Assembly (NCBI RefSeq): GCF_001194135.2
Contig: NC_068986.1
Coordinates: forward strand, 4,410,875-4,474,874
Length of the DNA: 64,000 nucleotides
Source of the DNA: Octopus bimaculoides
Lineage: Eukaryota
Direction: 5' to 3'
Part shown: positions 25,693-37,336 of the stretch, piece after piece
Layout: each line of letters starts with the position of its first letter
Numbering within the stretch: position 1 is the stretch's first letter
Position numbers and translations under genes: made by a program
Notes under the pieces: model-generated
The model's database searches: none
The model's input: only the letters and a program-made list of their open reading frames with translations
Told to the model about the DNA's origin: nothing

Positions 25693-25790
25693 GTATGCAT
25701 GTATATGTGTATATATATATATATATGTGTACATATTACATATACATACATATATATATATACACACATCTATATATATACATTTGTGCA

Positions 25791-25864
<74 letters not shown>

Positions 25865-26281
25865 ATATATGTAAATCATATATATGTATTATATATATAT
25901 ATATATATTACTTGATGCGTAATTGAGATATAAATTTATTTCTGTTCATATATATGTATGTATGTATGCCTGTATATGTGAGATAATAGTTTCACTTTAA
26001 TAGTTTCAGTATTAAAGTGAAAATATCTGACATTACAATAGAGAGTTGTTATTGTTTCACTTTTGACATGTAATACTGAAATAGTGGAGGAGATATGATA
26101 TTACTGTGGGTTCGGACTAGGCAAGAAGTGAAAAATATTTTTGGCCTATGACACTACAGGGACCATAAGTAAGGCATGTGTAAAATTTGTATGAAATTGG
26201 TTGTGTAGTTCTCAAGTTTTAGGGATTCACACAGACAGACCGACACACACACACACACATTCTCATCTTTATATATATAGA
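25255..26281 (-). mobile_element. Non-autonomous Helitron, both ends present (1027 bp)
   Basis: Minus strand begins A|TCTATATATATAAAG (26281) and ends GGGCAACGCCGGGTATCTCTGCTAG|T (25255): 5'-TC, 3'-CTAG, GC-rich subterminal hairpin region, AT target and no TSD. Long internal (GT)n/(AT)n. Confidence 0.8.
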
Positions 26282-27169
26282 TTTGTAGGACCTTACTATA
26301 AAACATTGAAACATTGATTGGCATGAATAAGCAAGATAGAGGAGTGTCATCTTACTAACAAGCAACTCTGAGATTCTAACAAAGAAAAATGTTGATGCTT
26401 GCATTAAAATGACACTTAAAAACGCTACTTACAACTAGATCAGGGATGTTAAGTAATACCTAAACAACCCCTGAATAATAAATTATTCCTTTAGACAACT
26501 TTTTAGATACAGCTTGGCCGGATGAAAAATACAAAGAAGAAATTTTCTTTGTTAATTTGTATTTCATGGAATATATCCATTAGTATATACTTCAAGCAAT
26601 TAAAGCATTGAAGAAAGTCTTCATGCAAAAATGATAAATAAATAAATAAATAAAATAAGAAAATATGTTTCAACATGAAACTATGACTCCATCTTGAAAC
26701 AATTTTCAAGTTTTGATAATGGAATTTGTTTTGGGTGTTATTATTTTACACCAAGTCAGAGCTAAATATGCTGACCTATAATGAAAGGCATTTCAACTCC
26801 CTAACCATCCCTATCTTTTTTTTTAGTGGTATATATGACACCATTACTTATAAGATATGATTTGAGGGAGATTTGGTTGCTATTTCTAGGAGGCTGTGCA
26901 ATCTTGCAGAAGTTCCTTTGTTGGCTCATATGTGTTTAGCCCCAGGACAATCGTAAGTAAATTGAGTAAACCTATGATCAACAATATTCTAACTATAACC
27001 ATTCTACCTTATTTCCAAATATAAGGCATCTGGACAGCATTATCTAATGTTACTTTTTTAAGAAAGAAGTGTTTTTTGAGGAAGAATTGGTTGCTTTTTG
27101 TCGCAGATTGCATAATCCCGTTGGCTATGATTTGTTGAGTAGTTAGTTTTGTCAACAGGAATGTTGCAG

Positions 27170-27375
27170 CTAACCTGAGTTTCTACTCACAAAGGTTGTG
27201 GCTCACCTGGATCACGGTTCGCAAGAGTCACAGCTTATCTAAATTGAAGTTCACTCAAGTCACAGTTTATCTAGGCTCCAGCTAACCTAAAACAGAGTTC
27301 ACTTGAATCAGAGCTCACTCAGGTAAGAGCTCACTCCAGTCAGTTTGCTCTGGTCAGAGCTCACTTAAGTTATGA
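27170..27375. repeat. Degenerate 16-bp minisatellite
   Basis: Units such as agagttcacttgaatc / agagctcactcaggta / agagctcactccagtc / agagctcacttaagtt; agtcacag(c/t)ttatcta recurs at 32-bp spacing (27226, 27258). Confidence 0.6.
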
Positions 27376-28671
27376 TTTATTTATGACTTTGAATATCCAA
27401 CATTACTTATGGGTCTGATTACTGAAAGCCTTTCGAAGTCACTAAGTTTCTTTAAAAACATTGATGTTGCTCAAACAAACATTATTTATAAACTATTTGA
27501 TAGTTGTATGAGGGGATTAAGTAACACAGCTCTACAGTAATACACTAAATATATTAATAATGTAAGTTCTTGTTAAAAGAAAAATCTCAAAATACTATAA
27601 TTTAACACAAAACTTCAAATTAAGAATTCTTTGCAAATTAAATTATTCAGAATTGCTATTCTTAATTCTGCTATTACTAAAATATGCTGTTCGAGACAGT
27701 ATTTTTTTAATGACTATGTTCAAGAAAGGATAATAAAAACTTACCAACTTTAAAACCGTAATAATCATACTATGATTATCGAAACTGGTGAATGAGAAAA
27801 CAATTTTATAAAATCATTTCATCATATAATCATTTGTTTTCTTATGCTAATCTTGATGACTGTTTTCAAGAATGCTTGGTATAAATAAATATTTCTTATA
27901 AATGTAGACTTTATATTGGTGTCATTAATAATAACAGTGATTAAATGACAATATAATAAAGAAAGTGGAAGGCATACAGCCTAGTGGTTAAGGTGTTGGG
28001 TTAGGGTGATTGCAGAGTTTTGTCTTGTTGTATCCTTGAGCAAAGTACTTCATTTCCTGCTGTTTCAGTATATTCTTGTACTTTCAACCTAAATACTTTC
28101 GAAATTGATATAAATTCCAACTTCCTAAGCCTAAGCTTTTATAATAAAGAAACAATTTTGTAAATAAACAATAAGTATATGCTAGAAAATAACATATGAA
28201 CACACTCAGAAGCACGCACACGTTTTAATTTTCCTATATGGATGATAGCTATAACATGACTTGCATCTGAAGAACTCATAGGCTGTGTCTGGAAGTGGCT
28301 GACAAGTCTTCACTTGGTTTACTCAGATCTCTCAGCAACAACGCTGCCCTAACTTAGTATTGTTGTTGACAATTTTTATTGAGAACTCAGTGATGTCCTT
28401 GTATTATTAGTATTATGTAATATCCAAACATTTTTCCTTATCATCTTACTGTAGAAAAGACATTTGGAAGGTGTTCATTATCCAGTCAGACAGAAGTTTA
28501 TGGACATGCATCCAGTTCAGCATTACTCAGACAAGGGCCTTTCCACCAACTAGTGGTAAGAATATGTTTTGGTAGTTGGCATAGGAGGATTTCTTTCCTG
28601 CTTACAGGAGTAGATTACTGAGATATTTCTAAACTCCTGTGAGATATCCTTTTCATGCCAGTGAGCCTTAA

Positions 28672-28893
28672 GCTTTTTGATACCAACTGAGCTGAGATTG
28701 TTCCCTAGTTTTGTGATACAATCCTACTGTTCTAAAAGATCTGAATTAAAATTTTCCATCAAAATTTTTAGTTATTTTATGTTCCAAACACCAGCTTGAT
28801 TATGACAACTATTTTACTAAATTTTTTTTATTATTTTCAAAATTAATTGAAATAAAGGGAGTGTATCTCAAAAGAAATATATAAACTAAAGGA
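28672..28893. mobile_element. TTAA-type MITE, family 2
   Basis: TTAA at 28668-28671 and 28894-28897; starts gctttttgataccaac; homologous to 50994-51226 and 58199-58415. Confidence 0.65.
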
Positions 28894-31189
28894 TTAAGAC
28901 AGTCCCCTAGTCCAAATTCAAGGGTTTGCCATTTAAAAAACAGCTAAGGCTTTGTTGACCTCATTCTTAGTAACTAACATACCAGTCGCCATTTGTAGCA
29001 AGCAAGTTACTGCTACCTCCTCATTGATAATGGATGAGTTATTCACAAACTGTACAAATGTCTTGCCCAATATCCAGAGATTATCTGCTTGTCTGTCAGC
29101 AGCACTTAATAAACGCTACCATCACTTGGTTTAGTGATTTACTGTGTAGGATGCTACACTTGATACAATTTTCAAAGCTACAAGTGAAAGCTTGGAAACT
29201 AAAGGTGAATGACTCCCCCCACCCCCACCCACCCCACATACACTTACCTATATCCATGTTTGTCTGTGTGCATGTGTATTTCTCAACGTGGATGCATCTA
29301 TGTAAAAATATACTTCTGTGTGTGTGTGTGTATGTATTTGTATATCTGTGTATGTTAGTATATATTTGTAGACATCTGTTTGAGAGAAGTCTACTTATAT
29401 TTATGATGTTTTAAAGTAGATCACTTCATTAGAGAAACTCATTAAAGTATCCTATTGATCTCCAGTAATACATTGTTATGTTAGTTCTTCTCATAATCAC
29501 TCGAGAATAATTTCCCCTGAATATCATATCATTTGTGATATCTTTCATTGAACTTCTTTTTAAGTATGAAAAGCCTATAATTCAAGCACTTTACCAATTG
29601 AGCCACTGTCTTAGATGACAGCTATTTCTAAAAGCACGAATTTACAAGTCTGTTGATTTAATATTATTTTTATCAATATCTAATTAAATTAATTCACTTG
29701 TCCTGTTTATTTTATTAACCAAATTCAGTTTTATGACTGACTATCTCATTGTCATTCTTCCTTCATTCAGATAACTTGATAAGTCTATATTGACCATCTT
29801 GTTTTTATGCTTTTCAATGTTATTTTCTCCAGAAATATTTAACAAGTCTGTATATATTTTTCACTAAGTAACTTTACTTGTCCTTTTTCGGCTATTATTT
29901 TATGTCATCCTTTTTTTTTTTTTTTTTGGTTTTCTTTTCTTTTCCTCTTTAATTTCATTATATTTTTGTTTCTGCATATTGTCACAAATATTCTGCATTT
30001 CTATGTAGGTTCATTAACTCAATACACAAAATATAATAGCATTTATTTCAATGATACAAAATTTCAAAAAAGGAAATAAATCAAAATTTACTTTACAGAG
30101 AACCATGTTTAATCTATCTTGAAGTAAGCTGTCATTATGCCATATGAAATAGAAATACTGCAAATATTTCTCACTACTGTATCTTGTATAATTTTCTGCC
30201 CCTCCTCCAAACAATTCTTATAAAGTAGAAACATTCTGGGGAATACATTAGTATTCATTTCTTCTTTTTTGTTTTCAACATATCCAAATAAGTTTGTAGT
30301 TATAAAAAAAACTTCTATTACACAAAAGTGCAGAAAACGTATTATGTAAATCATTCTCTTTAAATGACTATTTCATCATCATCATCATTTTAATGTTCTC
30401 TTTTCTATGATTGCATGGGTCAGGCAGAATTCATTAAGGCAGATTTTCTATGGTCAGATGCCATTTCTCTCACCAACTCTCACCTGTTTCCAAGTGAGAT
30501 TATATTTCCCCATGGCCAGGGGTAAGCATATGATCGACAGGGTGGTGAAGGTATGGGAAAGGGAGATATTCAATATGCACAAGTACTTTTCTCTCATTTA
30601 TGGGTACCACGGTGAATAAAAAAGGGGTACAGAATAGGCAAAGTGGTTAGAAGAATACATGGTGAGGGGATGCTTAAGGTATAGAATGGGAATGAAGAGA
30701 ATGTCTGCACAAAACAAGGCATGGAAGAGGTGCATGCACTAAGCTTCTGCAGGGGTCAGCTCTTCTGCAGCATTGTGTGTCACCTGCTGACATGGTTTTC
30801 TGTCATCTTCATCACTACACTCTCTTGGATATGCGATGGGGGCCCCCTCATCTTCATCTTGTCTCTCCTTCACTCACCACTCTGCCCATCCATATATAAT
30901 GTGGAGTAGCAGTGCATCAGCTCCTTTCACCTCCTACTTCATTTTCTCTCCCCTTCACACTTCTTTATGTGACCCTTTTCTCTCTACTCCTCTAGCACTT
31001 CTTTTCCATCATGTTACCCACTTCCATCTTATCATTCTTTTGTGTACCACTTTATCCACCCAAGTATAACATAGAGTAGCATTGCATCTCTTCTTACTCA
31101 ACCCTCTTCACCAACCTGTCACTCTCTAATTCTCTCTCACTAACCTTCTCCTCAACTGTAATAATTTTTTTACACAAATTGTTTGCAAG

Positions 31190-32180
31190 ATTTGGCATCC
31201 TAGACAAGATAGTATGACAATGGAACACAATTTGTGTGTAGCAATTTGTATGTAATGTTCACAGTAGAATATATAACTACTATGTCATACTATCCCAAAT
31301 CTAACAGACACGCAGAACGCTTTGTCAATACCTTCAAGAGAGCCCCAAGGAAGTCAAATAAGGAAGTCACGGATAAGGTGGATAAGAATTTTTAAGAGTG
31401 TACCATGCAACACCAAATCTGAATACACTAGCAGGTAACTCACCAGCAGAGCTGATGTTTGCAAAGAAAGTAAACTCAGTCTTTGATCAATTGCTACCTG
31501 GCAAGAAAAGAAAATGTGCTAGGGAAGACATAGCAAGATTCTTCAAAGTTAGTGAAAAGGTGTATATGATGGCATACAAGAATGGAAAGCAGAGTTGGGA
31601 AGATGGCATGATTACCAATTGCATAGGTAAAATGATGTATTGGATAAAAAGTAGAAAAGTCATACAAAGGAGACACGGGAACCAACTGAAAAAGGGATTC
31701 ATGGAAAGCGAACCAAAGAGGTTGAAGGAACTGATGGAATGATTGTACGATACATTCCAAGTACCAACGCCACTGCAGGTGATTGAACCCAGGCATACAA
31801 GTGAGAGAAAATGAAAACATACAGAGTTCCTGAAAATAGATACCAAGAGAAAAAAAATCATAAAAATTGCACAAAAAAGGGGGAACAAAATCTAAAATGG
31901 GAGGTGGGGTTAATGAAAAGAATTATTACTAAATAAAATGAAACTTCCTAAAATACCTTAAAAGAGGAGATTTTGTAGGGAATTAGTAATAATGGTACAC
32001 CCCTCCCATGTGATGACTGGAATAACCTAGTCACTATAAGTAAAGAGAAGTTCGTGAAGTATCAGAGTACATTGTAGGTGGTCAGATATAGTCATGTCTT
32101 TACTGGTTTTACTAAGTATAGTGTATACTGAAGTGAGCATTATAACAATCCAACTAAATATGGAATATAACAGACCTACA
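31190..32180 (+). mobile_element. 3' portion of a Gypsy LTR retrotransposon: integrase remnant, PPT and 3' LTR
   Basis: DNGTQF (31216), YYPKSNRHAERFVNTFKRA, YHATPN..GNSPAELMFAKKVNSVFDQLLP, FKVSEKVY..YKNGKQSWEDGMI..RHGNQLK; purine tract AAAAGAGGAGA at 31960-31970. Confidence 0.85.
31974..32180 (+). repeat. Putative 207-bp LTR
   Basis: Begins TGTAGG just after the PPT and ends CCTACA (TG...CA with 6-bp inverted termini). No second copy seen in the window. Confidence 0.75.
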
Positions 32181-32397
32181 CGTGTTTCCACTGTACTGAT
32201 TATTCATGGTTGCAGATGCAGCCTTGAATTATTATTGGTGCAGCTTCATCAGGGTCCATTCATTTGCTCATCCTTGAAATGCATCTGCAACCATGAGTCG
32301 TCAGTGCTATGAAAACACATGTAGGTCATTATAATATGCTATTTAAAATTATAAAATAAATTTGTGGACGAGCAAGTCTCCATACTCTTTATTATTG

Positions 32398-32463
<66 letters not shown>

Positions 32464-32465
32464 TC

Positions 32466-32932
32466 ATAATTGTCACTAAATGTGAGTAGGGTGTTAAAAA
32501 CACCTACGTTGCTAGAAATAAGAGCTAAAATGTTCTAATGCTGTAGTTAACACACATAAATGAAAACATATACACTAACAGTGACCATTATTGTCTGAAA
32601 AATATTGACCAAAAATTCTTAGGACTGGCATCAGTTTTGGCAATTTCTGTTGCCATCATCAGTTAAGCCAGCTCAGTTTTCTGCTTTTTCCAGACTTGTT
32701 TCTCTATTAGAATATATGTTTTCATCATCCAAATTAATTAATGATTTAGCGAATCACTAAGGTGTATATGCAAAATTAATATAAACAGCAGGTTGCAATG
32801 TTTCACCAAAAAGTAGAATTATAATTGTCACTAAATGTGACTAGGGTGTTAAAAACACCTACATTGCTAGAAATAAGAGCTAAAATGCCCTAATGCTGTA
32901 GTTAACGCACATGAATGAAAACATATACACTA
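32466..32932. repeat. 112-bp direct repeat pair (32466-32577 and 32821-32932)
   Basis: 106/112 identical, no indels, 243-bp unique spacer. Confidence 0.95.
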
Positions 32933-33450
32933 TATATATATATATATATATATTACTCATTGCTTAATCATCATTTAGATAACTTTGTTATTTGTTAACA
33001 TCTTTGCTAAATAATAAATTTCAGTTCATATTGTTATATTTTCTTTTATTTAAACTGAACTGTATTATCAATGTAATATACATTGTGTGGAATTGGTAAA
33101 TCTGGTGCTGTTTTTTAGCATCTGTTGTATAACCATTCTTCTTATAAGTTGTAATATTTTGCAGCAGCAAAATGAAATTAATATTTATTTGTTTGTCATC
33201 ATTTTAATACATGGAGTTTTTGTCACTGAAAAAAGACAAATTGAACAGTATTTTGGCAGTAATTATGAAAAAACATTAAAATCCTCAACATACGTGCTGG
33301 CATGGGTGTGTGGTTAAGAAGCTCATTTTGCAACCATGTGGATTCAGGTTCAGTCCTACTGCACAGCTCCTTAGCCCTGAGTCAACCAATGCATTGTGAG
33401 TGAATTTGGTAGACAGAAACTTTGTGGAAGCCCAGCATGTGTGCGTGTGA

Positions 33451-33494
<44 letters not shown>

Positions 33495-33642
33495 NNNNNN
33501 NNNNNNNNNNNNNNNNNNNNNNNNNNNNNNNNNNNNNNNNNNNNNNNNNNNNNNNNNNNNNNNNNNNNNNNNNNNNNNNNNNNNNNNNNNNNNNNNNNNN
33601 NNNNNNNNNNNNNNNNNNNNNNNNNNNNNNNNNNNNNNNNNN

Positions 33643-34007
33643 ACTGTGGCCATGCTGGAGCACCGCCTTTAGTCGAGCAAATCAACCCCAGGACTTATTC
33701 TGTGTAAGCCTAGTACTTATTCTATCGGTCTATTTTGCTGAACCGCTAAGTTACTGGAATGTAAACACATCAGCATTGGTTGTCAAGCGATGTTGGGGGG
33801 ACAAACACAGACACACACACATATAAATAAAATATACATATATACGACGGGTTTCTTTCAGTTTCCGTCTACCAAATCCACTCACAAGGCTTTGATCAGC
33901 CTGAGGCTATAGTAGAAGACATTTGCCCAAGGTGCTACGCAGTGGGAATGAACCCGGAACCATGTGGTTGGTAAGCAAGCTACTTACCACACAGCCACTC
34001 CAACGCC
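33643..34007 (-). mobile_element. SINE family B, near full length, CpG-rich
   Basis: Head, core, internal (AT/GT) tract and tail ending ..ggcggtgctccagcatggccacagt, all on the minus strand. Confidence 0.9.
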
Positions 34008-34289
34008 TATAATAATTATATATATATATATATAATTATTTTAAGGAAGGAAGTTGAAACAAGACTTATCTTCTCCATACTGAGTTAAAGTGCTGACATG
34101 GCTGTGTGGTTAAGAAGCTCATTTTGCAACCATATGGATTCGAGTTCACTCCACTGCACAGAACTTTGGGCAAGTGTCATCTACCACATAACCCTGAGTC
34201 AACCAATGCGATGTTTGGACATTAACACAGTGTGCAGGAGATAAGTCTTGTTTTGACTTTCTCCTTTAAAATAATTTTATATATATATT

Positions 34290-35516
34290 AGATGGCCCTG
34301 CTCAGTATGTAGAAAAGGAGTAGGTAGTAACTCTATAAGATGTACCTGGTGCTAGCTATGGACACATAAGAGGTGCAGCAACATCAAAGGCAGGTTAACT
34401 AGCAAGTTAGTTTTTGTTTGTGGCAGATGTTCAGGTGCAATAAAGACTGTAAACAAACAGGAAACAACTTCTATCTCATTCCAGGGTGAAAAACTAGAGG
34501 TAGTCGATAGCTTCCGCTATCTGGGCGACCAAATTAGTAGTGGGGGTGGGTGCGCTGAAAGTGTAGCTGCTAGAATAAGAATAGCCTGGGCAAAGTTTAG
34601 AGAGCTCTTNNNNNNNNNNNNNNNNNNNNNNNNNNNNNNNNNNNNNNNNNNNNNNNNNNNNNNNNNNNNNNNNNNNNNNNNNNNNNNNNNNNNNNNNNNN
34701 NNNNNNNNNNNNNNNNNNNNNNNNNNNNNNNNNNNNNNNNNNNNNNNNNNNNNNNNNNNNNNNNNNNNNNNNNNNNNNNNNNNNNNNNNNNNNNNNNNNN
34801 NNNNNNNNNNNNNNNNNNNNNNNNNNNNNNNNNNNNNNNNNNNNNNNNNNNNNNNNNNNNNNNNNNNNNNNNNNNNNNNNNNNNNNNNNNNNNNNNNNNN
34901 NNNNNNNNNNNNNNNNNNNNNNNNNNNNNNNNNNNNNNNNNNNNNNNNNNNNNNNNNNNNNNNNNNNNNNNNNNNNNNNNNNNNNNNNNNNNNNNNNNNN
35001 NNNNNNNNNNNNNNNNNNNNNNNNNNNNNNNNNNNNNNNNNNNNNNNNNNNNNNNNNNNNNNNNNNNNNNNNNNNNNNNNNNNNNNNNNNNNNNNNNNNN
35101 NNNNNNNNNNNNNNNNNNNNNNNNNNNNNNNNNNNNNNNNNNNNNNNNNNNNNNNNNNNNNNNNNNNNNNNNNNNNNNNNNNNNNNNNGCACCATTTTGA
35201 GCGTGGCCGTTGCCAGTACCGCCTGACTGGCTCCCGTAGGATTTTCGAGTGAGATCGTTGCCAGTGCCCCTGGACTGGCTTGTGCGGGTGGCACATAAAA
35301 GGCACCATTTTGAGCGTGGCCGTTTTCGTGCGGGTGACACGTAAAAGCACCCACTACACTCTCTGAGTGGTTGGCGTTAGGAAGGGCATCCAGCTGTAGA
35401 AACTCTGCCAAATTAGATTGGAGCCTGGTGTTGCCATCCGGTTTCACCAGTCCTCAGTCAAATCGTCCAACCCATGCTAGCATGGAAAGCGGACGTTAAA
35501 CGATGATGATGATGAT
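34290..35516 (+). mobile_element. RTE-clade LINE, 5'-truncated, PHD finger plus RT C-terminus; gap 34610-35188
   Basis: RWPCSVCRKGVGSNSIRCTWC*LWTHKRCSNIKGRLTSKLVFVCGRCSG..LEVVDSFRYLGDQISSGGGCAESVAARIRIAWAKFREL; 3' UTR ending ggaaagcggacgttaaac(GAT)n. Confidence 0.9.
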
Positions 35517-36532
35517 ATACACACACACACAAGCGTGTGTGTTTGTGTTTGTCCTCCACTGTTGGTTTGCTTATATCCCTGTAACTCAGTAGTTTGGTAA
35601 AAGAAACCAATAAAATAAGCAACTAGACTTAAAAAATAAGTACCGAGGTTCATTTTTTTCTGACTAAACCCCACATGACCGTGCTCCAGCATGGCCACAG
35701 TCCAATGACTGAAACAAGTAAAAGAAACAAAAAGGAAAGTAAAAGGCAAATAAATGAAAATGTTCTATTTTCACCGCTTGTGACTGCTAAGGTAATCAGG
35801 TTTCCACATTGGTAAGCAGTGTGGCTTAATGTACAAAAATAAATAATGATCTTCACTCAAGGGATTAAAATTCAAATTGCTTGACAACTATATTGAGCCA
35901 TTCTAATTAGAACAACTGAAACAGTTAATTAATGTTATAGTTTAAGGAAAAAACGAATGTTAATGTTTGGATGAAAATAATTTGCACCAACAATGTATAA
36001 ACTGCGCATATCAGTAATGTACATACTCATCATATATGCACAAGCTTAATATATATAGCCATTTTATGTGCATACATATAAAGTACAAAGATATTATATG
36101 CGCATATGTATAAAATGTTCACATAATGTACAAAATTATATTTGCATGTATATAATATGCAATACCCATTACATGTGCATATGTATAATGTGATCACAGT
36201 GGCAAAACACTATTCAAGCATAACAGTTTGGGTTCTACTCTGTGTGTGCATGTGTGTGTGTGTGTGTGTTTGTGTGTATTGCAATTTTATCGTTTATCTT
36301 TTAATTGTTTCACTCATTTGGCTGTGGTCATGCTGGGGCACTGCCTTGAAGGGTTTTAGTCAAACAACTCAACCCCACGACATCGTTTTTTTTTTTTAAG
36401 GCTAGTACTTATCCTATCAGTCTCTTTTGCTGAACTACTAAGTTACAGGGTTATACTGTTCTATATTTAAGAGATGAGGAATTATACATTATTTACATTT
36501 GACAGATATTTGTCCTCATCTTGTTTGTTGTT

Positions 36533-36578
36533 AACACAACGTTTCAGCTGATATACCCTCCAGCCTTCATCAGGTGTC
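36533..36578 (-). ncRNA. Minimal type I hammerhead ribozyme, core intact
   Basis: GACAC-CUGAUGA-A-GGCUG-gaggguauau-CAGCU-GAAAC-GUU-GUGUU: stem I GACAC/GUGUU, stem II GGCUG/CAGCU, palindromic ACGU helix III, cleavage triplet GUU. Confidence 0.8.
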
Positions 36579-36639
36579 TTGGGGAAATTTCGAACCTGGG
36601 TTCTCATTCCTAAGGTATTTTTCGGTGTTATTATTATTA

Positions 36640-36682
<43 letters not shown>

Positions 36683-36734
36683 CATTATTATTCAGGTCAT
36701 TGCCTGGAATTGAACTCGGAATCTTGGGGTTAGT

Positions 36735-37118
36735 AAATATCTCCTTTGAGTAAAACTACCAATAGAAGAGAATATGACCAAAAACTGCGTGTACTCCATC
36801 CCATGCAGGTGTGGTAGGTTATACAAAGGTAAAACATGCTGCCCCCTCAAAAGAAGGGTAGAGGAACATCGCAAAGCTGTGACATGAGGAGATAAATCGG
36901 GTATAGCTGATCGTGTATGGAAAAATAGAGACCACCTCCCCCTGTGGGATAAAATTGAAATAATAGACAGAGAACACCACTGGAAAATATGAAAACCAAA
37001 AGAAGCAGCGCATATGCTAGGACACAACAACCTCCTAAGCAGACTGAGTGCAGATATGAGTAGCATATGGGAACTGGTATTAAGGAAGGATAGGAAAATA
37101 TTGATTTATAAGCCCTGA
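36735..37118 (+). pseudogene. GIY-YIG endonuclease of a Penelope-like element
   Basis: One frame without shifts: NCVYSIPCRCGRLYKGKTCCPLKRRVEEHRKAVT*GDKSGIADRVWKNRDHLPLWDKIEIIDREHHWKI*KPKEAAHM..; three internal TGA codons. Confidence 0.88.
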
Positions 37119-37140
37119 AATTCACTCCGTAATTGCCCAC

Positions 37141-37211
37141 AGGTATATGGAATAGTGGTTAAGAGTGCAGGCTACTAACCCCAAGATTCTGAGTTCAATT
37201 CCAAGCAGTGA

Positions 37212-37215
<4 letters not shown>
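37141..37215 (+). promoter_or_regulatory. tRNA-like module with Pol III A and B boxes inside the PLE pseudo-LTR
   Basis: A-box-like TGGAATAGTGG (37148-37158), anticodon-arm-like ggctactaacc, B-box-like GTTCAATTC (37193-37201). Not a complete cloverleaf. Confidence 0.55.
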
Positions 37216-37243
<28 letters not shown>

Positions 37244-37290
37244 TCGAAAAATACCTAAGGAATGAGAACCCACGTTTGGAATTTCCCCAA

Positions 37291-37336
37291 GACACCTGAT
37301 GAAGGCTGGAAGGTATATCAGCCAAAATGTTGTGTT
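37291..37336 (+). ncRNA. Second hammerhead copy, catalytic core mutated
   Basis: GACAC-CUGAUGA-A-GGCUG-gaagguauau-CAGCC-AAAAU-GUU-GUGUU: GAAAC has become AAAAU. Confidence 0.7.

Noticed and set aside
34494-35447. 317-aa and other long ORFs spanning N runs
   Set aside because: The length comes from X codons, and they are antisense to the RTE element.
36735-37118. Three in-frame TGA codons as selenocysteine recoding (reported for some PLEs)
   Set aside because: All three fit CGA(Arg)>TGA CpG decay, the same process visible in the neighbouring hammerhead and mariner; no SECIS-like element was recognised. A family consensus with CGA at these sites would settle it.
37141-37215. Functional tRNA gene
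   Set aside because: No convincing acceptor stem or full cloverleaf; embedded in a retroelement repeat. The same applies to all SINE heads.
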